A DNA stretch of 59,859 nt, counting the filler, from Porpidia crustulata (lineage: Eukaryota), in the NCBI GenBank assembly GCA_964255105.1. It is 3 parts of 3 records of this genome, joined end to end, with 100 filler letters (N's around TTAATTAATTAA, not from the genome) between each part and the next. Parts side by side here need not be neighbours in the genome. Positions count along the whole stretch, not along the records: positions 1 to 19,962 come from CAXUWE010000129.1; positions 20,063 to 39,943 come from CAXUWE010000130.1; 1 more part is not named here. One strand, written 5' to 3'. The translations under genes and the position numbers were made by a program. Shown here in pieces: positions 14,116 through 25,300 of the stretch (positions are counted from its first letter, which is position 1; each line of letters opens with the position of its first letter). The notes below the pieces were generated by a model. It saw nothing but the letters and a program-made list of their open reading frames with translations, was not told where the DNA came from and made no database searches.

Positions 14116-15365
14116 ATGGCAAGTAAATTTCCTGTAAAGAGATGCGGTCTATCCGGCAAAGTTTTCCACCTCACATGCGGGCGATGCTGAATCTGTTCCG
14201 GGCGTTCTTGGCTGTACTGGCTCAGTAGGGCAGCGCTTCATCTTACTACTGGCCCTCCATCCATACTTCAAAGTGCATGCATTGGGTGCTTCATCGCGTT
14301 CTGCCTGCAAGAAATACAAAGATGCTGTTAGGTGAAAGCAAGACATCGCCATGTCGGAAGAGTTGGGGGAGATGACGGTGAAAGAATGCATATCAGACGA
14401 GTTCCGATGTTGCGATCTCGTTTTCTCTGGGTTAGACAATGATGTTGCTGGAGACATTGGTACGCTCTCAGAGTTGATATGACAATTTAGTCTAACAATA
14501 GTTTTGCCTACGGAGCTCGAATTTTGTCGCGCAAATCTTGCAGTATTCTCCAATGCCAAAAATCACCGCAGAGACCCATTAGTGCCGCTTGTCGTACCGA
14601 CTCTCAATGTTCCCCAACTAGACCATATTCCACATCAGAGAAAGCAGCGAGACCTTGGAAAGGGTTTCTTAGTTTACAATTCCAGTTGTGCAGTCATTGG
14701 AATCATCCTTCCTTTCGCAGCTATACAATCGAAATTCGGCCCTGTGGATCAGGTCTCAGTGGTCACCATGCAAGCTGTATCCGGTGCAGGCTATCCTGGC
14801 GTTATTAGCATGGATATATTGGACAACGTAGTACCGTTCATATCTGGCGAGGAGGACAAGTTAGAAAGTGAAGCGCAGAAGATCCTCGGATCTTTGGATG
14901 AGGGCTCGACCTCTTTTCGAAACCAATCAAATCTCAAGATATCTGCAGCCTGTAATCGTGTTCCAGTACTGGATGGTCACACGGCATGCGTATCATTGCG
15001 ATTTAGCAAAAGGCCTCCGCCAAGTGCTCAGGACGTCAAAGAGGCTATGCGAAGTTATGTCTCGGAGGCACAGAAACTGGGATGTCCTTCTACCCCGAAG
15101 AATACAATCATCGTCTTCGATGAAGATGATCGACCGCAGCCACGATTGGATAGGAACATTCAAAGAGGATACACCGTCAGTGTCAGAAGGATACGAGAAG
15201 ATGAAATAGGCCTTTTTGACATGAAATTTGTTGCTTTAAGCCACAACAGTAATGCTCCCGTAGTATGCCATGGAAAAGTGCCTGCTAATAATATTCAGCT
15301 GTTACTGGGGCCGCTGGATCCTCTATACTGAAATAGAGGTTACTGTACTAAAAGGCTTTGCGTAG
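14116..15365 (+). pseudogene. HOM2: Aspartate-semialdehyde dehydrogenase pseudogene
   Basis: [52 protein letters not shown] and [12 protein letters not shown] motifs. Lesions: in-frame TGA 14333-14335 at a conserved Trp, CGG where two intron acceptors are expected, and a stop/frameshift at 15334. Confidence 0.88.
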
Positions 15366-15703
15366 ACTGAGATATCCAGATACTCTTCAAGTGTAAATAA
15401 GATACTTATAGTACAGAGTGAAGATGTCATCACAATGGTCAATCAGATCCAAAACCGATCATGATATCAAGCAAGACGGGACGAGAGCCATATTGATATA
15501 TATTAACAATTCATAGACTGTACTTCTGTGACTTAAGGTATGCTCATCACAGAGCAGGGAGCGAAAGGAGGAACCTTGTGCATACTAGTGCACTCTAGCG
15601 TCTCGCTAAGAGAGCCCACGCAAACAAGCGACATGAACATCACACATTTATTGCGCACCTTCAAATCCATACTTCTCCTACACCTTGACTCAATACCGCC
15701 ATT

Positions 15704-16869
15704 ATGGGTCGTGGACCGTGAGTACTGTCATTCTCTACACTGCATGAGCTATGTAATCGCCAATAAGGCGATCGCCGAAGCCGTCAAGTCAGGAAGGGCA
15801 CGAAACTTACACTCGAGGCATTTCAGCGCTCAAAAACCAGATATGCTAATTTCTTCGCTATTCGTACAGGAAAAAGCATCAAAAGCGTCTCAGTGCGCCC
15901 TCTCACTGGCTTCTGGACAAACTCTCTGGTGCTTATGCGCCCCGTCCTTCCCCTGGTCCTCACAAGCTTCGTGACTGCATGCCTCTAATAGTCTTCATTC
16001 GCAATCGGTTAGTATCTTGTACTTGAACTTCTAACCCTAAGACCTTCTCCCTGAAGCTTGCTGATACATTCTCTACTACTACAGTCTAAAATATGCTCTC
16101 AACTCGCGCGAAACCAAGGCAATTGTTATGCAGCGTCTCATCAAAGTCGACGGCAAAGTTCGCACAGACGCTACGTACCCTGCGGGTTTTATGGATGTCA
16201 TTTCAATCGAAAAGACCGGCGAGAACTTCCGCCTCGTATACGATACCAAAGGTCGCTTCACTGTCCACCGCATTACTACAGAAGAGGCGGAGTACAAGTT
16301 GGCAAAGGTCAAGAGAGTACAACTAGGCAAAGGAGGAATCCCATTCTTGGTTACGCATGATGCACGAACGTAAGTTTGCCGCATTAATTCAGCCGTTGGA
16401 CCAAGCTTTGGTAGTATTCCTCGGAAAATATACTCATGGAAGAATGTGTTGTTGTTAGGATCCGATACCCTGACCCTGCGATCAAGGTCAATGATACTGT
16501 CAAGATTGATTTGTCTACAGGGAAGATTGTTGACTTCATCCGCTTTGATACCGCAGTCATCGCCATGGCTACTGGAGGACGAAACATGGGTCGTGTAGGT
16601 GTAATCACGCACCGAGAACGTCACGATGGGGGCTTCAACATTGTGCACATCAAAGATGCGATAGACAATTCTTTTGCTACGCGGGAGAGCAATGTGTTCG
16701 TAATAGGGAGGGAAAAGCCGTGGATCAGTCTACCGAAGGGCAAAGGTGTCAAGGTATGCCATTGTATCGTACTCCTAAATCATTTTTCAGTGCTGACTTC
16801 GTTTTTTCGTAGCTCTCTATCGCTGAGGAGAGAGATCGCCGTCGGGCCTACGCCATTGCAGGCCATTAG
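15704..16869 (+). CDS. RPS4: 40S ribosomal protein S4 (eS4), 5 exons
   Basis: [73 protein letters not shown]; canonical introns. Confidence 0.97.
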
Positions 16870-17269
16870 GATCTGGGCGAGGAAGGGTAAAGGGCATGGC
16901 TTGTGGGATTTAACTAGGAGAAAAGCTCTCAGCTTTGAGATCGGGGCCATAGTCTATGTACATTTGATTCGAAAAATCTAGGCGTTACTCCGAACCACAT
17001 AAGTGCACGCCCGCTCGTAATATTAATGCACAACATGAATTTTCTCCTTAGTCCCACCCTTCCTCTCCTTCGACACAACTCGAAGTCTCTGCTAGCTAGC
17101 TTTCCTCGCCTTGATCGCGATTCTCTTCGCTATTCTGAGGTGATAAAAGCTCTCGATTTTAGAAAATTAGGTAAGGTAGATAGTAGACGTCAGGGCTTGA
17201 GAGTCTGGGAATCCCGGGGGTGGAATCCCGCCGTGTCCGCGCTAACTCCGCCGCCAAGGCCTTAATTCA

Positions 17270-17361
17270 ATTCACCCCTAGTCCGAAAATAGCACCTAGG
17301 GTTAGGGCTAAAAAACACATTGAGTCCTAACCCTAGGTGCTGTTTTCGGACTGGGGTGAAT
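17270..17361. repeat. 39-bp inverted repeat (hairpin) containing telomeric TTAGGG motifs
   Basis: Arms 17270-17309 and 17323-17361 give 37 Watson-Crick pairs, 2 G-T pairs, a 1-nt bulge (17279) and a 13-nt loop. TAGGGTTAGGG at 17297-17307 and CCTAACCCTA at 17326-17335. Confidence 0.95.
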
Positions 17362-17545
17362 ACGAGTAACCTTTGTAATTAGACTGACTTCTTTGGTTGA
17401 CATCCTTACCTATGTTTGAGTAACATCGTATTGCCAGGTAGAACCACGTGATCGAGCCTACACAAGCTGCTGCGGACTCTCCTAGGCATATCCTAGCTGG
17501 AGCAAGAACAATGAGCATACAATACGGCTTCCTCGACCTAAGAAG

Positions 17546-19072
17546 ATGACCTTGGCAATGTTTGATGAGTTCTTCGATGAATTCCCCTTACATCCTTCAC
17601 TACGCATTCCTCCTCTCCAAGATCCATTTCCTACGCCATCAGTAACCTCTGACAGACCCTCGCCATTAGAGCCAAACGCCCGTGTAAATGCTAATATAGT
17701 CAATGAGACCGCAAAGCTTACGGGAAGACGGAAGGCACTGGCAGAAGCAAAACCTATCGGAGCGCCCGAACCGAGCGATCTACGGCCAATACAGATTGTC
17801 CCGCGTAAGAGAAGGAAATTATACGATCATGAGCGCATAGCGGATTTTGTTCAGCTTCCGAAGCCTACAGCAAAAGCAAAGGAAGACAAACCTCCACCGT
17901 TCCAGCCAATATCTGTACTCAACGAGCTTCATGAGCCGCCTCCAAGTGCTGCACTGTTTCCGCCGATTACTCCTAGTGCAACGCAGGATGAACAAGATCG
18001 GATACTGTCCTCGGAGCTACTGAGCATCAACATACATGCTAAGGGAGAGCCAAGGAGAAGAAAGCGTAGAGAGACCAGTGATCATGGCCCTCCTGCAAGG
18101 AGAGTGTACCTTCGACCAAGGATGAAATGGACAGAGGAAGAAACGGACCAATTATTGAAAGGCGTAGCTATCTATGGCGTTGGAAAATGGAAGAAGATCC
18201 TCTTGCATCCAGAATTCTCGTTTCAAAAAGGGAGAACGCCGGTAGATCTTAAGGACCGGTAGGCATGCGTTTTGGAAAGCCTTTGTGAGTCCTTACTTAC
18301 GCCGTATAGTTTTCGCACTCGGTTTGGGCCCCACACTTCCAGGCACAATTTGGCTACGCAAGCCGATGTCATACATTCTGAAGCCCAAGCACACGAATTC
18401 CGGAGTAAGAAATTAACCGAAAACCCAGACAATGGGGCTAGCCTCACAGGATCTTTGACACTCTCATCCCATCTCAACGACAATGGTCATACCCATAGGA
18501 ATATGAGTAAAAAGAAGCGTGCTAGGCCAAATCCACTTCCTCCACGAGCATGGATGGAAAACGAAGATGCAGATCTGGCCAAGGGATATCAGAAATATGG
18601 CTTCCAATGGTCGCTGATAGCCCGAGATCCAACCCTTACTTTTCTAAATCGAACGGGCGCGCACATCAGAGATCGATTTCGCTTAAAGTTCCCTGACGTC
18701 TACCGTAATGTCTCCAGAATTCAGAGAGATGCCTTGGCAGAAGCGAAAGCGCTCAAAGAGAAAGAGAAAGAGAAAGAAGCTGAGAATGTAACTACGAATG
18801 GAAACGAAGGACCCACAGACCTTGTAGAGCATGCACAAAGTCACGATGATAATGGTAGTTATGACAGTATCCACGGCCAGGCTCTTTCAAATCCCGTGAC
18901 AAGGCAATCGCTGTCAGCCATAGCGCCCTTCAATATCATGGGTCTCCTGAACGATGACGAGGAAGATATCCGCCTCTCATCTTTCCGGTACGATGATTGG
19001 GATGAGAACGTTACTTTACCTCCGTTGCTATGGGAGGATATGGCGACGAGACCGATGTTTGACTTAGAATAA
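17546..19072 (+). CDS. Double Myb/SANT telobox protein, Tay1/Teb1(Mug152)-like telomeric-repeat-binding factor
   Basis: Myb1 KWTEEETDQLLKGVAIYGVGKWKKIL...RTPVDLKDRFR (telobox-type helix 3) spans intron 18259-18309. Myb2 is AWMENEDADLAKGYQKYGFQWSLIARD...IRDRFR. Confidence 0.82.
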
Positions 19073-19459
19073 GGATTGAAATTGGAAACGTGAGCTAACG
19101 GCAAGCAAAAGTTCAGCAATATTTCACAAACGTATTCAAAATCATATGTACTGTATATGCTATTTTGCATTTCATTGGAGTGGTTACTTCGTTATCGTGG
19201 TTATCGTTCAACACTTGAAGGAGCTTAAGCTTCCTATTGTTGCTCCCAGATTGGCCCCTATCGAACAACGCACTGCACCAACAGTCACAATAGCACATTA
19301 GCGCAACGATGCGAAGGTCTCCGGAGCATTTTTGCTATTGTGCTAAAAAAGCCCGTTGAAGGTGAAATCAGCGTACCTCTATCAATCAAAGTCAATACCA
19401 ATTTCCTTCTTTCTTTCATCTTTGTAACAAAAAATGGTCAATTACAGCCATTGCGCCCC

Positions 19460-19962
19460 ATGTCGCCTAACCAGACCGGCATACCTCATTCAGCAACAGC
19501 GCAACCAAACATGTCATCCTCCCATCTTGCCGTCTGCCTTTCCCACAGCCCCTCTCCCTCAGAGTCGCGCGCTGGCCGCAGGTCTCCCCTTTTCGTCCCT
19601 CCACAGCTTAGAGTCGCTCGTCCCAAACACAGAAATTCGGCAAGCCGACGCCGCGCCCACCTCCTTTTCCGATCCACGACCTCGGAGCACGATGAACCGG
19701 CCGTTGATTGGCGCGCAGAGGCAATGGCAAAGGACGAGCAGATCAGGAAGATGCAGCAGACAATCTTGATCCTGGAAAGGGAGATTGAGGAATGGAAACA
19801 AACCGGTACGTTCTTCTTTCCTCTCCCACTCCCTCCCTAGAACCACCCGAACTAACCCCCAAAAGACCGCATCGCTCGCTCTCCCCTGAAAGATACCCAA
19901 ACCCTCGACGAACTAGTCTGGCTCCGTGACCGAGTCACAAACCTCGAAAACATCCTCTGTTA
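19460..19962 (+). CDS. Small hypothetical coiled-coil protein, running to the contig end
   Basis: ORF with KDEQIRKMQQTILILEREIEEWKQ, an intron (GTACGT...CTAAC...AAG, ~19806-19865), then DRIARSP...LRDRVTNLENILC. Start codon uncertain. Confidence 0.4.
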
Positions 19963-20062
19963 NNNNNNNNNNNNNNNNNNNNNNNNNNNNNNNNNNNNNN
20001 NNNNNNTTAATTAATTAANNNNNNNNNNNNNNNNNNNNNNNNNNNNNNNNNNNNNNNNNNNN
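19963..20062. other. Artificial contig-joining spacer
   Basis: N44-TTAATTAATTAA-N44; the 12-mer has stops in all six frames. Confidence 0.98.
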
Positions 20063-20074
20063 TTGCTTAGCGCC

Positions 20075-20106
20075 GACCGTTTGGGGGTGCGGACCGTTTG
20101 GGGGTG
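20075..20106. repeat. Direct repeat GACCGTTTGGGGGTG x2 (period 17) at contig start
   Basis: Exact 15-mers at 20075-20089 and 20092-20106. Confidence 0.8.
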
Positions 20107-20745
20107 GGAACGAGTACTCTGTGTCCTGTTCTGTGTGAGGTGATCTGTACGATCGCATTGGCTCCCGAACCGAGATTCACTAATACATAACGAGTTTAGT
20201 GTTGCCAGCGCATCAGTCTGCACAAGAGTGGATGCTTCAAATTTCGTCGAGCCCGTTCCCATCTTCCACAATTTATATTTCTGTGACTGCCATGGTGTCG
20301 GGATTGATCTTCGGAATCGCTCCATGCCATGTCGCCGAGTTTTGTTTTGGCTAGTTGTCTGGTTGATGGCAAATGGGAGTCGAACATCTAAAATTGTCTG
20401 GAATCACTGTCTCATGGACGTCGAAACGCCCCGCCCTAAAGCGGCTGTACCCACGTCGAACGCCAACAGCCAGACCAGTGCCTGGCATTGCTACTTCAGA
20501 CCAACTGACAGGTGTGAGCCTGATCCAAGAAATGAAATACAAAAAGATACAAAATAAGTTCCAAAGAGAACACCACATGGATCCCAAATTAGAAGATGCT
20601 CTGAGCAGTGAAATGTATCTTGCCATTGCTGGCGCGTGTCTTCCCATTGCTTCGTTGTCGTCGTGAGCGCTAAAAGCGTTTCAAAATATTACTGGCAGTC
20701 ATGCAAGTCGTTAGATCAAGGCTTGTCCTCGCTTGCATCTCTGCC

Positions 20746-21658
20746 TCATTTGGTTGATCGCTTGATCAACCATTGCAACACGGCATCAAGATTCGTTTCT
20801 TCTTTTGCACTGATACCATAGCAACTGACTTCGCGGTGAGAAACAGCTTTGAGGTTCAGCGCATCGATCAGTTCATCCACGGAGAGTTTCTCGGGCAGAT
20901 CGGACTTATTGCCAAGGACGAGTAAAGGAATGCCGTCCAAGACCGGCTTCTCCAATAAGGCGTGGAGTTCTTCCTTCGCTATCGGAAGAGCTTTTTTATC
21001 CGCCGCGTCGACGATATAGCTTGAAGCTTGTCAGCTAATAAAGCCTTTAGATGGATCACATGTTTGACATACACGATGGCGTTGACTCCCCGACAGTACC
21101 TCTCCCACATGGATCGGAACCGTGGCTGACCCCCAAGGTCCCAACTAATTTGAAGTCAGACAAGTTCTACCACAAGGGGTCTATCATTGAAGCAAGCCTG
21201 GTTTACCATTTCAAGGTGACATGGCCTCTTTGCACTCGCTTCATATTGAAGCCAACCGTGGGAATTGAGCTGCAAGTAATTCACTCATTAGTCCACTCGA
21301 GAAGATTCAGGGCGATTCAAACAGCCCCACTGACTCCACAGTAAATTCGCCGCCCTACGAACCCATATCAGTGAGTGTGTGATGGCAGAGCAAGAGGCGA
21401 TTTACCGCAAGCACACGCAGGAGCGATGTCTTTCCAGCATTCTGCAATCCGATCATGGTTATATCCATCTCGGTTGCCCTGTCCGCAGCGTACCCATGTC
21501 AACTTCATTTCTCACGCCGTCACATCATGCCCCATCTGAGGAACTGCAGTATAAATTGCTCATTGCTACTCTCGTTTTGCATCACGCACACGCCGAACGG
21601 AGACGTACCAGAACAAGCGCAGAAGCCAGTCATAGACCATTTTGAAGATGCCGGCCAT
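20746..21658 (-). CDS. ARL8: ARF-like GTPase Arl8
   Basis: Spliced [54 protein letters not shown] and [10 protein letters not shown]. Multiple short introns and a 20-nt exon at 21335-21354. Confidence 0.93.
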
Positions 21659-22364
21659 ACTTCCAAGAGGAGGATAGTGATATAGCGAGATAGCTTTGCC
21701 TTGATGATCGAGGGCTAGTGTGAATGCGAATGATCGAATTACAGTCCCAAGGTTGGCTTTGCCCTCGGGCGGAAAAAGCAAGCGGGAGGCGCCGCCTTTC
21801 CGAAAGAGTAATAGCAGCAAAAGGCCAGAGTCAGGTACGTGCCGACAATATTCCCAGAGTACGAGTAGAATTATACAGTCATATCAGTAATACGAGACTA
21901 CTATTGACACACAATGCAATCAATACAATTGGAAGTCTTTGTATCAGAAGATACGACTGTTGAATTATGGCGGGTGTGAAGCGTCCGTCGAATATGAATT
22001 TGTGCAGGTGATCGATAATTATCGGTAGCACGGAATAGCAGGGTTATAGTGGGCGACTTGGGTGGGCTCGGTGGGGATCAATAAGTAAAGGACAGCCTAT
22101 TAAAATCTTATTTCCTGGAATTGGTTCATCAAAATTCCGCTTGTGCGAAAAAAGTCATACAAAGAGCCAATCAACGTAACGATAGACATCGCTTAGCTGA
22201 AGCTCTATGGGCAAACGTTTTCGGTCAACGCCCGAATATCAATTCCACATCATGAAATGCTATGTGAATAGTCTCTTAGTTACCAGGTGGCAACTTACTT
22301 ACTTAGAGAGGCAGCAATCTTCTGATGGCCAGCAGTTCCCAAGGCCTGGCTACCAGTAAATCCA

Positions 22365-25300
22365 ATGGCACCCTCCACAGCACCTCCTTCGGCGCCTACA
22401 AATACTTGCTGGACTTCGGAATTCGATACTGTTCGTCGGGAGAGACTCTTCAAGAATCCCCCCAAGGATCACACAGCATACCCTGCCCTTGTTGATGCGC
22501 TACGGCCTCACCTGGAATCCTTCAACGCACTTTTCGATAACAATAAGATCATCGAAGCAGGGATAAGAGACATAGGGACCAAAGTCTTTCTAGATGGCGA
22601 ACAAGACTCTCCCCTACAAAGAGCGCAAAGAACGGAAGCTGGGCAAGCGACGGGGAAGAGGAATAGGCTAAGCGTGAGGATACGAGAGGTCTTCCTTGAA
22701 AAAGCAGTACTTCCGCCAAATAACAAATTCAGCACCAGGAATCGAGAAATATACCCTGCAGAATGTCGAGAGAGACATGCCACTTACAGAGGTAGGCTGA
22801 GGGCAAGAGTGGAATACAAGGTGAACGACAGAGAATGGCGAGAGTCCATTCGAGAATTCGGCCAGATACCCATCATGCTCAAGACTAATCGATGCCACCT
22901 GGAAAAATGCACACCTGCGCAGCTGGTACAGTACAAAGAAGAATCGGAGGAGCTTGGTGGATACTTCATTGTGAATGGTATTGAAAAGCTGATACGTATG
23001 CTGATTGTCAACCGCCGGAATTATCCCATGGCTATTATACGAGGGTCTTTCGTCAACAGGGGATCGGCCTACACAAAATTCGGGATGCAACTTAGATCAG
23101 TCCGTCCGGATCAGACGTCGCAGACTAATGTCCTTCACTACTTGAACGATGGCAACGTTACATTCCGATTCTCATGGCGGAAGAACGAGTATTTAGTACC
23201 AGTAATGATGATCTTGAAAGCTTTAGTAGAGACCAACGATCGAGAGATCTTCCAAGGCCTAGCCGGTACCGCTGGATCAAAAGGGGTTGAAAACACCTTC
23301 TTGACCGATCGAGTCGAACTGCTCCTGCGAACATACAAAGCCTACAATCTCCATGGCAAAGTAGTTACCCGAGCATACCTAGGTGAGAAGTTCAAGCCGG
23401 TGCTCGGCGTACCAGATGACATGTCGAATTACGAAGCTGGGACTGAATTTTTGCGAAAGGTTGTCCTTGTTCATCTCGGCAACATTGAAGTATCAGACTA
23501 CCAAAATAGTGACAAATTCAAAATGCTCCTCTTCATGACTCGAAAGCTCTACTCGCTAGTTGCCGGAGACTGTGCGGTAGATAATCCCGATGCAGTGTCA
23601 AGCCAGGAAATTCTATTGCCAGGGTTCTTGTACGGCATGATCATCAAGGAAAGGATGGATGACTGGCTAAGATCTATACAAGGCGTCTGTCAGGAATGGA
23701 GCTCCCGAAATGGGAAGGCTAGATTTACCGATCCAGATTTTGTCAAGGACTTTCCTTCTATAATTCTTAAAAGAACTTCTGAGAATCTTGGAGGAGCGCT
23801 TGAGTATTTTCTTTCTACGGGAAATTTGGTTAGTCCAACAGGACTTGATTTACAGCAAATATCAGGTTTTACTGTAGTGGCAGAAAAGATCAACTTTTAC
23901 CGATTCATCAGTCATTTCCGCATGGTACACAGAGGCAGTTTCTTTGCCCAATTGAAAACAACCACGGTAAGAAAGCTGCTGCCTGAGAGTTGGGGGTTTC
24001 TATGCCCTGTCCATACGCCCGATGGAAGCCCTTGCGGTTTGCTAAATCATCTGGCACACAAATGCCAGATCACTACTCGTGATCTTGACGTCTCCGCAAT
24101 CCCACAATTGCTCGTCCAGCTGGGTGTCTCTGAATCGTCGTCCGCTGCTGTTGATGAAAGTGTCGTCGTACAGCTGGATGGCCGAATCATTGGTTTCTGC
24201 ACTCCTAAACAAGCACTGACAATTGGGGACACTCTGCGATTCTGGAAGGTCGAAGGCACTCACAATGTCCCAGTTGAACTTGAGATAGGTTACATTCCAA
24301 ACTCCAATGGGGGCCAATACCCAGGTGTCTACATTTTCTCTCAAGCAGCACGAATGATACGACCAGTCAAATACCTTGCCCTGGAAAAGCGAGATTACAT
24401 AGGTCCTTTTGAACAACCTTTCATGTCTGTTGCATGTGCGGAGCCCGAAATTGAGTCGGGAGAAAATACTCATGTGGAGTATGATCCTACCAATATTCTC
24501 TCTATCGTCGCCAATCAAACTCCTTTTTCAGATTTCAATCAATCTCCTCGAAACATGTACCAATGTCAGATGGGCAAACAATCAATGGGCACCCCTGGGA
24601 CTGCTCATTGTTACCGCACAGACAACAAAACATATCGCCTTCAAACTGGTCAAACCCCCATAGTCCGCCCGCCTTTGTACAACGAGTACGGTTTGGACAA
24701 CTTTCCAAATGGCATGAACGCTGTCGTAGCAGTCATTTCCTACACTGGATACGATATGGACGACGCAATGATATTGAACAAATCAGCTCATGAGCGCGGC
24801 TTCGGCTACGGCACAATTTACAAGACCAAAGTCCTTCGTCTCGACGAAGAGGGCGGCAAAGCTCGCTCGGCTAAACTTGTCACGAAGCTGTTCGGCTTTG
24901 CACCTGATGGCTTCGTCTCCGTAAACATCCGCTCTAAACTGGATGCTGACGGCCTCCCCTTCATCGGCCAAAAGATCATGGAAGGTGATGTGCTCGCCTG
25001 TTCTCACACCGTCACTTGGGATCCCTCTACGAACATTTACATCAACCGTGACGGTATCAATACTTTACACAAGTACAAAGACCCAGAAACCTGCTATGTT
25101 GAAGAAGTGCGTATTCTCGGCTCCGAATCCGGCGCTGAACCCTGCCAAGCTCTCAGCATCAAGCTCCGAATCCCTCGCTCCCCTGTTATCGGCGACAAAT
25201 TCTCCTCCCGTCACGGTCAGAAGGGAGTATGTTCACAAAAATGGCCAGCGGTTGACATGCCCTTTTCGGAATCGGGCATCGTCCCCGACGTCATAATCAA

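Noticed and set aside
14333..14335. TGA recoded as Trp, or repaired by A-to-I editing, in HOM2
   Set aside because: Other genes here (RdRP, DLD1, ARL8) end in TGA, and editing could not fix the CGG acceptors or the frameshift.
16870..17545. Telomerase RNA at the CCTAACCCTA motif
   Set aside because: The intergenic space is under 700 nt, well below known filamentous-ascomycete telomerase RNAs, and the would-be template is locked in a stem.
20007..20018. TTAATTAATTAA palindrome as a biological site
   Set aside because: It recurs identically between N blocks and is an assembly linker.
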